The notes under the pieces: model-generated
What the model was told of the DNA's origin: nothing
Databases searched by the model: none
Seen by the model: the letters and a program-made list of their open reading frames with translations, nothing else
Part shown: piece by piece, positions 44,601 through 52,433 of the stretch
Layout of the letters: the number at the start of each line of letters is the position of its first letter
Position numbering within the stretch: position 1 is the first letter of the stretch
Virus record (IMG/VR): IMGVR_UViG_3300020186_000013
Location: 144,146-208,145 of that record
Reading direction: 5' to 3' (one strand)
Length of the DNA: 64,000 bases
Position numbers and translations under genes: made by a program

Positions 44601-46924
44601 GAGTCGAACAGCTTGGTGCCTTGGAGCTTGCCGCCCTGGCCGTAGCCGCCCATGGTCTTGGCAAACCCGGCTGCCCCGCGTCCCATTAAGCCGCCAACAC
44701 CACGAACAAGGGCACCAAAGTACGCTCGTTTCTCAAGGTCCTTCCGCTGACAGTGGTCGAAGAACGCTTTAGCGGCTGGAGTCATATCACTTCCCCCCTT
44801 GGCGAGTCCCGGCACTGTCGGCACGTGTGGTCGGATGAACCCAGGAACTTCCTGTCGGGCCGCGTCCTGTTGCTGTTGAAGCCGCTGCACCGCCCCTTGG
44901 CGAGCGTCGTCGATCGCCTTGTTGCCTGCTTGCTGCACGGAGTCGGCAGTCTCGTTGCCTACCTGTCGAGCGGAATTGGCCCACGCCTGCCCGCTCGTCG
45001 TGCGACCTAGCATTTGGTTGATGATCACCTGCTTGGCCACGGACTGCTTGGCCGCTTCTTGTTGCTGCCGAATACGCTGCATCGCTTCCTGCCGAGCAGT
45101 GTCGAGAGCCTCGCCACCCGCCTGCTGTGCGGACGAGGCCAGCGTCTGTACGCTCTTCTGAGCTATCCTCCCCTGTTCCTGGGCCATCAGCCGAGACGCC
45201 TCCTGGGCCGACATCCCTCCGCTCACCCTCTGAGCCCACGCCTTCGCAGCCGGGTGCGACATAGCCCCAGCAGCTTCCGGCGACTCGGCCACAGCCTTGA
45301 GGTTGAATTTCGGCTGAGCCGCAGCCAAACGAGGGTACAGGTTGGCTGCGGCGGTCATCTTGGCCGCGTCTTGCGGCGACTTCCAGGTCGACCAATTCAG
45401 CATGTCGGACACGGCGGGCACGTCGAGGGCACCCTGCACCCTGTTGCTTTTCATCGCAGCAGCCACCAGCGGCTCAGCCCTGGCGGCGTTGTTGTCCCCG
45501 ATCGCGTTGCCGAGGTGCGTGCGAACCGAGCGGTTCTGGAGCTCCTGCAACGCCTCGGGCGGGTAGTATTCGTGGCCGGTCCTCGTCGGCAGGCCGTGCT
45601 CATGGAACTGATTCTTCGAGAACGTCTGCGATCGGGCGATCGGGCTAACAGCCCGGAGCAGCCGCTGGCCCGTCGGGCTGTTGACGTTGGCCTCATAGTT
45701 CTGCTGGAGGGCTGGCAGCCGCTTGCGGACTTCCTCCTCCATGATCTGCTCGGTCGGGGCCGGCGTATAGTCGGCAAGGTTGCGGATCACCCCCTGCATG
45801 ATGTTGCCGCCCGCCGTGAAGTTGCCGATCCGCTTCATCACGTTGTTGACCGGGTTCTCGTTCGCCTGCACCATGCTGTTGTGGGCGGCGTTGCCGACGG
45901 TATACGGGAAGTTCCGCTTCCCCGCAGCCCGACCAACCTCGGCAATGTCGGACTTGTCCGTCAAGCTGTCCCATATCGCGGGGAGCGGATTGTCCCGTAA
46001 CTTGGCAATCTCGCCGTTCGGGTCCACCGTGTTGTACGGGTCAACGGCTCTCGTGAACCTCTGGAGGTTGTTAGCCGGGGCGTGCCACAAGGCATTCACC
46101 CCGCTGCCGAGGGCCACGCCCGCACCACCGAAGCCGACGATCTTGGTCGCAGCCCCGAGAGCCTTGTCGGCCCCCATGAGACCGTACCCGCCCGCCTGCT
46201 GTGCCCGACCCAGGATCGCCTTGCCTCCACCCTGGGCCACGTTCGTAGCACCACGGGCGAGCAGATTGTTCTGGATCGGGGTCGTGAGTGGGCGAGTTAA
46301 GGGCGTACCCAGCAGGTTCTTGGTCACGTTGGCCGCGTGCATGAACGGGTGCGTGAACCGGTTGCGGTCGAGGTAATTGAGAGCCTTGTTGGTCACCCCA
46401 ACACCAGGGATGCGGGACCAATTGCCTGGTAGCTCATGGGTCGCAGCGAGTTGCTCGCGAGTCTGCCCCGCCGCCAAGCGGGCGTTCATCCCCGGTCGAC
46501 GCAGGAACGGCTTCACCGTCGTCGAGTTGAACATGGTCTCGCCACGGAGGTTGCCCCCCTGACCAAAACCAGCGAGGTCCCGCACGTACGCCTTGCCGCC
46601 GTGGACCTGGGCGTCGCCCACGGCCTTCGCACCCGACCGGGCCACCTGGTTGACCTTGTCCGCCGCCTGGAAGGGTGCCTTCACCACGGCCTTGGTGCCC
46701 TGCCCGAACATCCGGGCCGCAGGACGGCCAATGCCGTTGAACAGGCCCACAGCACCACGGCCAAGGGCACCGAAGACGGCCTCCTTCTCCAGCCCCTCAT
46801 TCAGCTCGGCGTACACCTGCTCGCCGAAACGAAGGCCCACGCCGTCAACAGCCTCTTTGATCTGTTGCGGCGTGAGTCCCTTGTCACGGCAGCGGGCGAA
46901 GAATGCCTCGGCAAACGGCGTCAT
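41657..46924 (-). CDS. 1756-aa modular Gly/Ala/Gln-rich K-x-A polyprotein (putative virion internal/ejection protein)
   Basis: GAGG SD before ATG 46924; three MTP-leader modules; internal duplication of ~200 aa; many GxxxG helices. Confidence 0.75.
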   Translation of the reverse strand: MTPFAEAFFARCRDKGLTPQQIKEAVDGVGLRFGEQVYAELNEGLEKEAVFGALGRGAVGLFNGIGRPAARMFGQGTKAVVKAPFQAADKVNQVARSGAKAVGDAQVHGGKAYVRDLAGFGQGGNLRGETMFNSTTVKPFLRRPGMNARLAAGQTREQLAATHELPGNWSRIPGVGVTNKALNYLDRNRFTHPFMHAANVTKNLLGTPLTRPLTTPIQNNLLARGATNVAQGGGKAILGRAQQAGGYGLMGADKALGAATKIVGFGGAGVALGSGVNALWHAPANNLQRFTRAVDPYNTVDPNGEIAKLRDNPLPAIWDSLTDKSDIAEVGRAAGKRNFPYTVGNAAHNSMVQANENPVNNVMKRIGNFTAGGNIMQGVIRNLADYTPAPTEQIMEEEVRKRLPALQQNYEANVNSPTGQRLLRAVSPIARSQTFSKNQFHEHGLPTRTGHEYYPPEALQELQNRSVRTHLGNAIGDNNAARAEPLVAAAMKSNRVQGALDVPAVSDMLNWSTWKSPQDAAKMTAAANLYPRLAAAQPKFNLKAVAESPEAAGAMSHPAAKAWAQRVSGGMSAQEASRLMAQEQGRIAQKSVQTLASSAQQAGGEALDTARQEAMQRIRQQQEAAKQSVAKQVIINQMLGRTTSGQAWANSARQVGNETADSVQQAGNKAIDDARQGAVQRLQQQQDAARQEVPGFIRPHVPTVPGLAKGGSDMTPAAKAFFDHCQRKDLEKRAYFGALVRGVGGLMGRGAAGFAKTMGGYGQGGKLQGTKLFDSRTVKPLMNRADMQSRVAAGATKEQLAQTHQLPGMMDGVPGVSMLSRGVHALDTNRLAHPLVQAVKTVKNTLSTPLTRPFTQPIQNSMLTRGAANVAQGGGRAVLGRGQQAVGYGLKGFDKTMGGVTQAAGVTGAGLLGAGGAMALAKSNPTNIDDVSNKLPYAIGNAAYNAQQNEEKYPLYRGLGYVNKFTLGGQLSSQIQNALADPTQAPPSETAGVVGNIAPQLAAPVTNAAQQPQPQAQPQPQAQPMPQAKPVPQHVVPAYTGSRLPANFGQQQPVPPVPYTGSRLPANFGQQQPVPPVPYTGPRLPGFDKGGMDMTPFAESFFDHCRQKGLGLSQIKSAVDRVGTNYGLQVHAELAAGLKKLAFLDSFDKMVGGKQEKPKTAPTAPSPGTLPTGKNQVSQKTQVAQATHPQGMGEVSVNKNTGAASLAPPPMSITGPKSMKATSEVANEQAAGSAQQLASQYAPSGWSMMGGQQMAQGLGSMFGQKQAFEKDAVWPSKETLVSGAKWLGGLVRPGASSTKPLMRTGTRGAPTPGMGPKIVSPRPATHGKDNSGLNITEAATLPRAATAAGRTRANMSGSGMQMTFGGLQGNMTANAMGGGEGSFTLGSPGIDPATGQPEGGWRSWRINPLGIAGGALMGNRGFRNSATGQTLWRPLAQSFAGTNIGFGMDQLGDMTGNGDPNDPEKWSRRLSRAGLMTGLGGNVAAARNSSLVRTNAAARAAGTTPVEPSMLSRGVTTALEAPSNAMTRMGQGVMDPFSRAGHFLWGKGAYQSGAAGLSGARKLGFRAGQGLTLGTGAAALGGTAYGSLHDQVAGDVDNKINDLKKTFIEQDYPTLQANIARDADKYMHERGFLNEEGQFDPTQEIRYQIGQRVGNVGNPFLKALGYDTENMTGGQRGMALGGMGLGGLGMLTGNPLIMAGGAGLAAYPRIQQNPGAISDAWNKLTGGQAPARDELHHQTNKARQAAQGLTGEGHS
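43682..43812. repeat. In-frame 60-bp tandem repeat (two identical copies plus a partial) encoding YTGSRLPANFGQQQPVPPVP
   Basis: Lines 43681 and 43741 are identical after their first base. Confidence 0.95.
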
Positions 46925-46932
46925 GTCCGTCC

Positions 46933-49122
46933 TCACGCAAGTCGACTGAGTATCGCACCCTCGGCGATGAAGTTGGCGATGTCGAGGTCAACGGCGTCCT
47001 TCTCGGCCACGGGAGGGTCGTACGCGGCCTCGTCGGCACGGCGTCGCTTGGCGTCTATGGTCTTCTTGAACAGGCCCTCGTCGCCGCCGCAGGCGTACCA
47101 GTCGTCCATCCCCTCCTTGGAATGGAGGCCGTGCATCCCGCCCGCCATGATCCCGGCGGCACCCATGGTCGTGTCACGGTTGAGATCGTTGTTCACCACA
47201 GAGTCTGCGAGGTAGTCGTGCCTGTTGGCCCCCTTGGGAGACCGCCGCATGATCTCCTCCAGGTCCTCGTTGTTGGCCTTGCGGCTCAGGTACGCCAACG
47301 CACCCGTGATGCCCGCACCACCGAGACCGCCGATGGCTGCTCCCGTGCCGCCGCCAAGGTGAGCACCCAGGGCCGCACCGCCGAGACCGCCGAGGATGCC
47401 GGCACCAACGCCCTGCTTGGCCGGGGAGGCCATCATCTCGGGAATGGGCGTGGCATAGCTCTGGAAGATCTTGGGCAGCAGCCGGGACTTACCCTGGTCG
47501 ATCTGAGCCGTCTCGTCGGCGTCGAACTCCCGTGCGGACTTGTGCCGGCCCTTGAACGGGTTCGGCTCCTCCTTGGGCTTCTTCTTCAGGTAGTCGCCCA
47601 CTGAGGCCCACGCCTCCTGGCCCTGCATGTAGTGGTCGGGCTTGTGCTGGTACGACAGGTGCGTCCCCTCGCCCGTCGCCGTCACGGCCTTGCCCTTGTT
47701 GTCTTGGGCTGCGGACTTGAGCAGGAGCACGATCGCCCGGATGTCGAAGCTCCGCTTGTTAATCTCGTTGGCAGCGACGTCCTTGACGCCGGCCTGCTTG
47801 AGGATACCGGCCTCCTTGAGCAGCTGCCGGATCACGGTCACCCGGTCGGACGCCTGCTTCTTCTTGGCCAGGTGCTCTTCGACCTCACGGTCAGACTTCT
47901 CATCGGCCGACTCCATCTTGTCGCCAATGACAGGAGTCGCAGCGTGGTAACCCGCCACACCGCCGAGCCCGCCACCGGCAAGGCTGCCGAGGAACGTCGC
48001 AAGCGGCCCGCCACCCATGTGGTGCGACAGCAGGGCACCCGACGCTGAACCAAGACCAACACCGGCACCCGTGGAGATGCCACGGGCAGCACCGCGTGCG
48101 GCACCCATCGCCATCCGGCCCTTGGCGTGGCCGTAGCCTGCCCCGGCCACGCCACCGATACCGGCACCCTGCAATGCACCGCTGATGCCCGATCCCGCCG
48201 CGTAGCCGAGGGCCGCACCCAGGGGCATCTCGGCCTGCTTGTCTAGAATCTGGCTTTTAGATCCGCCGTCGGACGCCTCGGCCATCATGCCCATTCCCAT
48301 GCTGTCGTTCTTCAGGTCCTCCCGAGCGGCAGCCTGACCGACCGGACGACGGTTCTTCATGTTGAGCAGCCGCATCACGCCGTGGCGGATGTTCTGGCGG
48401 CGGTGCACCGGCGGCGGTGGCGGCGGGTCCTGCGGCGAGGTGCCAGGAACCGGCTGTCCGGGAGGCGGCTGGCCCGGTGCCACCGGCTGTCCGGGCATCG
48501 GGGGAGGCGGCATCGGTGGTTGGCCGGGGGGAGCACCCGGAGGGGGAGCCATGCCCGGAGGAGCACCCGGAGGGGGAGCCATGCCCGGAGGAGCACCCGG
48601 AGGGGGAGCCATGCCCGGAGGAGCACCAGGCGGCGGACCGGCCATCGGAGGACCAGCTGGAGGCGGTGCCAGGCCCGCAGCCTTTTTACTAAAAGCGGAT
48701 TTCTCGGCGAAAAGGGGTCGCCCGGTGTCGAGGGCCGTCCCAGGGTTCGTCGCCGTGGGTGGGTTAGGTCGGAGCGTGCGTACATTCCGGCTCTTGGCCT
48801 TGGAAGAACGCACCGGTCCCCCGTTGGGAACCGACTGAGCGGCCTTCATCTGACCCACAATCCGGGCCACCGCATCCCGAATGCCCTTTCCTGCCGCCCC
48901 GCTCGCCTGCTTCTGGGCCTGCTGGGCCGCAGCCTGAATGCCGCCGACCGTTGCGTTCGGTTGGGGGCGTGCGGCGATAGACTTGATGGGGTTGTTCTGG
49001 GCAGGCTTGCCCGCACCGGAGAGCATCTTGCTCAGGCCCATGCCCGGAAGACCGCCCATTCCCGACTGCTGCCCGCCGAGGACGATAGGACTCGGCTGAG
49101 CACCAAGAGCTTGCTTGTTCAC
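46933..49122 (-). CDS. 729-aa low-complexity K-x-A-motif protein with Pro-rich repeats and glycine zippers
   Basis: GGAGG SD before GTG; about a dozen K-x-A sites by eye (NKQA, QKQA, EKSA, KKAA, DKQA, KKQA, LKEA, LKQA, LKSA, HKSA, EKDA). Confidence 0.75.
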   Translation of the reverse strand: MNKQALGAQPSPIVLGGQQSGMGGLPGMGLSKMLSGAGKPAQNNPIKSIAARPQPNATVGGIQAAAQQAQKQASGAAGKGIRDAVARIVGQMKAAQSVPNGGPVRSSKAKSRNVRTLRPNPPTATNPGTALDTGRPLFAEKSAFSKKAAGLAPPPAGPPMAGPPPGAPPGMAPPPGAPPGMAPPPGAPPGMAPPPGAPPGQPPMPPPPMPGQPVAPGQPPPGQPVPGTSPQDPPPPPPVHRRQNIRHGVMRLLNMKNRRPVGQAAAREDLKNDSMGMGMMAEASDGGSKSQILDKQAEMPLGAALGYAAGSGISGALQGAGIGGVAGAGYGHAKGRMAMGAARGAARGISTGAGVGLGSASGALLSHHMGGGPLATFLGSLAGGGLGGVAGYHAATPVIGDKMESADEKSDREVEEHLAKKKQASDRVTVIRQLLKEAGILKQAGVKDVAANEINKRSFDIRAIVLLLKSAAQDNKGKAVTATGEGTHLSYQHKPDHYMQGQEAWASVGDYLKKKPKEEPNPFKGRHKSAREFDADETAQIDQGKSRLLPKIFQSYATPIPEMMASPAKQGVGAGILGGLGGAALGAHLGGGTGAAIGGLGGAGITGALAYLSRKANNEDLEEIMRRSPKGANRHDYLADSVVNNDLNRDTTMGAAGIMAGGMHGLHSKEGMDDWYACGGDEGLFKKTIDAKRRRADEAAYDPPVAEKDAVDLDIANFIAEGAILSRLA
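48531..48630. repeat. In-frame 30-bp tandem repeat x3 (GAPPGMAPPP)
   Basis: agggggagccatgcccggaggagcacccgg repeated. Confidence 0.95.
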
Positions 49123-49155
49123 TGTTCGCCCTCCGTGGCGTGGTCTTTTTCTTAG

Positions 49156-49202
49156 CCGTCAGGCACAGGTGGATTGTACCTGACGGTGGTTTGGTGTGAC
49201 AG
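49156..49202 (-). promoter_or_regulatory. Hairpin containing a TACAAT -10-like box upstream of the large K-x-A gene pair
   Basis: CCGTCAGG...CCTGACGG 8-bp IR; CTGTCA-N18-TACAAT on the minus strand. Confidence 0.4.
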
Positions 49203-49207
49203 AGGGA

Positions 49208-49531
49208 TCATCCGTGTGCGAACAGGTGCCCGCCAAGGAACGCCATGAACAGCACCAGCCCCCAGTACGTCCGTATCAGCCAGCAGATACCTAGGGTGGC
49301 GAACACTCCACCCACAACCAGTGCCGGTTGCTCCTCCGTGGCCGTCCACACCTGCCGACTGATCGTGGGCTGGTTGAGAGCCCACACCAGGTAGATGTCG
49401 TAGAGGATCGCCAGCACGGTAATGAGGAGCGTGATACCGGCGAGCAGGGGCTGGTTACGCAGCACCCAATCACTGGTGCATCGGTAGCGGCCACGTGGCT
49501 TGTCGGTGCGGGTGCAGTATTCGGGCGTCAT
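49208..49531 (-). CDS. Small multi-TM membrane protein
   Basis: GGAGG SD; two to three hydrophobic helices. Confidence 0.7.
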   Translation of the reverse strand: MTPEYCTRTDKPRGRYRCTSDWVLRNQPLLAGITLLITVLAILYDIYLVWALNQPTISRQVWTATEEQPALVVGGVFATLGICWLIRTYWGLVLFMAFLGGHLFAHG

Positions 49532-49589
49532 ACGACCTCCTTGTCGTTGTGATGTGTACGCCCCGACTATACCACGCACACTGAAGCGA

Positions 49590-50168
49590 CTACGACTTCT
49601 TCTTCTTGTAGTACGACTTGCGTGGCGGCAAAGGTTTCGGCGGCGACCTACCCGCAAACCGATTTTTCTTCGCAATCGCGGCTTCGCCCTGACGTTCCGC
49701 CTGGGCCACCGCACGTGCAACGGCCTGGGCCACCGCACGTGCAACGGTCTGGGACACTTCTCGATTAAGCTCGGCACGACACCGATAACAACGCTTCGAG
49801 AAGGTCTCATCCAATCCCGCCAGTGACACGCCGGGATGTTGTCTGAAAAACTCCTCGGCACACCCAGCAGCACTCGCGTCGGTGAAAACAGGCTTATTGC
49901 ACTTTACGCACTTACGGGGGAGCAGGTGCAGTACCGCGTGGTGCGTCGGGCACACGACAATGAGTTCATGGTCACGCTCATCCCCTATATGGGCGTACGT
50001 CAAGTGGTGCACCTGCAAGCACCGCGTGGTCCGACAACGTCCGATCCCGACAAGATAAGAGTCGTACTGACACCGGTTCCTCGCACGAAACAAGGCGGCT
50101 TTCTTCTTCTTGGCCCACGCATCACTCAGCAAGTAGGCCGGGTAGTCGAACTTGGTTTTTACGGTCAC
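49590..50168 (-). CDS. HNH endonuclease
   Basis: YPAYLLSDAWAKKK..AL.RARNRC...LQVHHLTYAHIGDE.DHELIVVCPTHH; 24-bp repeat (AVARAVAQ) at 49701-49748. Confidence 0.85.
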   Translation of the reverse strand: MTVKTKFDYPAYLLSDAWAKKKKAALFRARNRCQYDSYLVGIGRCRTTRCLQVHHLTYAHIGDERDHELIVVCPTHHAVLHLLPRKCVKCNKPVFTDASAAGCAEEFFRQHPGVSLAGLDETFSKRCYRCRAELNREVSQTVARAVAQAVARAVAQAERQGEAAIAKKNRFAGRSPPKPLPPRKSYYKKKKS

Positions 50169-50221
50169 GGGCAAGACTCCAAGTAAGGGTCTAGCCGTCC
50201 TTAGCGAAACGTGACGTCCTG

Positions 50222-50707
50222 TCAGACAGTACACGGCGTCGTCGAAGCACACCGGTTGGCACCGTGCTCGTGTGCGTCCACGCCGCCCTGCATCTTCATC
50301 TCGCACCTCTGGCTCCCGCAGGACGGGAAGTACACGCGGTTCAAGTACAGCTTGGTCATGTCCTTGCCGCACACGAAGCACGCACGGGGCTTGGGCTGGT
50401 GCAGTGCGTAGGGCGGGTCGCACGGCCTGGCCGTCCAGAAGTGCTCCCTAAGCGTCTCGTAGGGGAGCACCACGATGTCAGAGTCCGTACGCCTGTCGAA
50501 CTCCCGAGCAAAGTGCGTCATCACCACCACACACGGGAACACCGCGTGCTCGGGGTCGGCCGGGCAGTGACGGGTGACGTGGGTGTGGTTGGGGGGCGTG
50601 CCGTCGGGGAACACGTCCAGTGCTGCGAGCAACTCCTTTGAGGTGTTGCAGACGATGATCTTGCGGGAAACGACGTGCATCCTGTCCTCCGTGTCGATGT
50701 CGGGCAT
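50222..50707 (-). CDS. Hypothetical protein with C-terminal CxxC...CxxxxC
   Basis: ACFVCG...SCGSQRC; GGAG SD. Confidence 0.65.
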   Translation of the reverse strand: MPDIDTEDRMHVVSRKIIVCNTSKELLAALDVFPDGTPPNHTHVTRHCPADPEHAVFPCVVVMTHFAREFDRRTDSDIVVLPYETLREHFWTARPCDPPYALHQPKPRACFVCGKDMTKLYLNRVYFPSCGSQRCEMKMQGGVDAHEHGANRCASTTPCTV

Positions 50708-50709
50708 GG

Positions 50710-50913
50710 TCATTTCTTGTTGGCTAACAGTGGGATGTCGGTGACTAGCTTCTTACCGCAGAACATGCAGTACCTGACGGGGATGGACTTCTCCTGCCCC
50801 ATGTGCCACCCTGGCGTCTTCACGTCCTTGTCATTCCGGCACGGGACCAACCAGATGATGTGGTGCTTGACGTCGGGGCAGCAGGTCGGGTGGTCGAATC
50901 GGTCGGGGGTCAT
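50710..50913 (-). CDS. Small Cys-rich hypothetical protein
   Basis: TCC...YCMFCG; TAATG coupling. Confidence 0.65.
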   Translation of the reverse strand: MTPDRFDHPTCCPDVKHHIIWLVPCRNDKDVKTPGWHMGQEKSIPVRYCMFCGKKLVTDIPLLANKK

Positions 50914-51098
50914 TACTTGCGGTCCTCCTCGTTGAGAATGGCGAAGCCGACTGTCTCGTACGCAAAGATCGACAGCGGGAAGTGCTCCCGCTTCACGTAC
51001 ATGGTAGTCTCCGTGAGCGTGGTGACCGGTCACGGGGACAAGTCCAGCTCGTCGATCGGGTGCGTGTCGTGCATCGCCTGCGAATAGTTGTAGTTCAC
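50913..51098 (-). pseudogene. 62-codon frame with an in-frame TGA at codon 23 (pseudogene, readthrough, or two mini-ORFs)
   Basis: VNYNYSQAMHDTHPIDELDLSP*PVTTLTETTMYVKREHFPLSIFAYETVGFAILNEEDRK*; coupled to both neighbours. Confidence 0.45.
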
Positions 51099-51316
51099 TC
51101 TTTGCGGTACTCCTCGGTCTTGCCCGCCGCCATGCAGTCGAAGTACCGGGAGCAATTACCCAGGAACTTCTCCTTGGGTAGCAGCTTGGGGTCGTACGGG
51201 ATGCCTAAGAGTACACCGATCTCGCGGTACACGTCCAGCCAGCAGACGTCGTCGAACTCCTGGGCCAGCATCTTGCGGCACGCGGCCTCAAGGGCTTGGT
51301 GGTCAACAGTCATCAT
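51095..51316 (-). CDS. Small hypothetical protein
   Basis: AAGGAG SD; coding-like. Confidence 0.7.
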   Translation of the reverse strand: MMTVDHQALEAACRKMLAQEFDDVCWLDVYREIGVLLGIPYDPKLLPKEKFLGNCSRYFDCMAAGKTEEYRKE

Positions 51317-51326
51317 GGACTCCTTG

Positions 51327-52355
51327 TTAGCCGAGTCGCTTGGTGGGCGACTCCTCTTTGATGATTAACGTCATCTCCCGCACGGATAAGAGCATCGACA
51401 CGCCACACTCGACCCTGGTTACAACCTGAGTAATGATAGGGTGCCGTCGACTCACGTCGTCGAACAGGTCTTCCAGCACGCCCATCGCCACGGTGCCGTA
51501 CAGGCTCTTGTTGGCACACCTGACGGCCGCGTTGACGCAAGTCGGAATGACGGCGTCCCGCTCGTACCCCCAACCGTACTCCGACGTGAACGGGGTCAGG
51601 GTGACACGGGCTCGCGTCAGCTCGTCGATGCCGGCCAGGTGCAGGGCGAACTCTTCAGCCGTCGTTAGCGTGTCCTTGATCAACCCCGCTGAGTGTGCAA
51701 AGGTCTGACTGAACACCGCATCGACCAGCTCGTGAACGATATCTCGGGGCGGCAACCGGTCACTACTGATGCAGTCTTGAAACTGCTTACGCTGCTCCGG
51801 CGACAACTTGATAACGTCCGGCAGCCTGTTCATGATCGTTATCGCCGAGCGGACCAAGCTGGCCAAAAACTGCGGACTACGGATGGTGATGAGCCGGCGA
51901 GTAGGCAGAGCGGACTTGTACCTCTCCGGGTCGTATACCCAACTCAGCCTCCGGACCATCTCGATGACGAACAGCCGCTTGACCCACTCGGGTTTAACGT
52001 CCGCCAGCTCGTTGTCGATGATCTGGAGAGGATCATCGAGGTCGTTCAGCTCGGCACCGGTGCTACGACGTTGCTCGGAGTCCATGACCCATTCCCGCAC
52101 CTCGACGGCCTTGTCCCCGCCGTCGAGGTCCAACGACCGGAGCCGGCGGCGGGCCTTCGCCCACCACCTGACCCGAGCCTCGGCGTGGAACCGGCTCTGT
52201 TCGGCCAGGAGGTCGGCGTACACCAGCAGGGGCGTGTCGTCGTCGGGGCTGTCACGCACGGCCTGCCGCATGCCGATCTCGGTGTCGGTGCGGATGAATC
52301 CGTCGGCCAGCATGCCCTGACGCTTCATGCCGGACTTCTTGTCGTACGTGTTCAT
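51327..52355 (-). CDS. TIGR02996-like domain protein
   Basis: AVRDSPDDDTPLLVYADLLAEQ matches the Gemmata-type TIGR02996 pattern P.DD..RL.YADWL.E. Confidence 0.7.
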   Translation of the reverse strand: MNTYDKKSGMKRQGMLADGFIRTDTEIGMRQAVRDSPDDDTPLLVYADLLAEQSRFHAEARVRWWAKARRRLRSLDLDGGDKAVEVREWVMDSEQRRSTGAELNDLDDPLQIIDNELADVKPEWVKRLFVIEMVRRLSWVYDPERYKSALPTRRLITIRSPQFLASLVRSAITIMNRLPDVIKLSPEQRKQFQDCISSDRLPPRDIVHELVDAVFSQTFAHSAGLIKDTLTTAEEFALHLAGIDELTRARVTLTPFTSEYGWGYERDAVIPTCVNAAVRCANKSLYGTVAMGVLEDLFDDVSRRHPIITQVVTRVECGVSMLLSVREMTLIIKEESPTKRLG

Positions 52356-52433
52356 ACGAGTCTCCAGAAACGAACAAGCGGAGGGGGTATATTACCCACT
52401 CCGCTCGAAATCAGGCAGTCCACGCAAGTGGTA

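Noticed and set aside
43682-48630. 60-bp and 30-bp direct repeats as a possible CRISPR array
   Set aside because: They are contiguous with no spacers, have lengths that are multiples of three, lie inside coding sequence and encode Pro-rich peptides; no cas genes are present.
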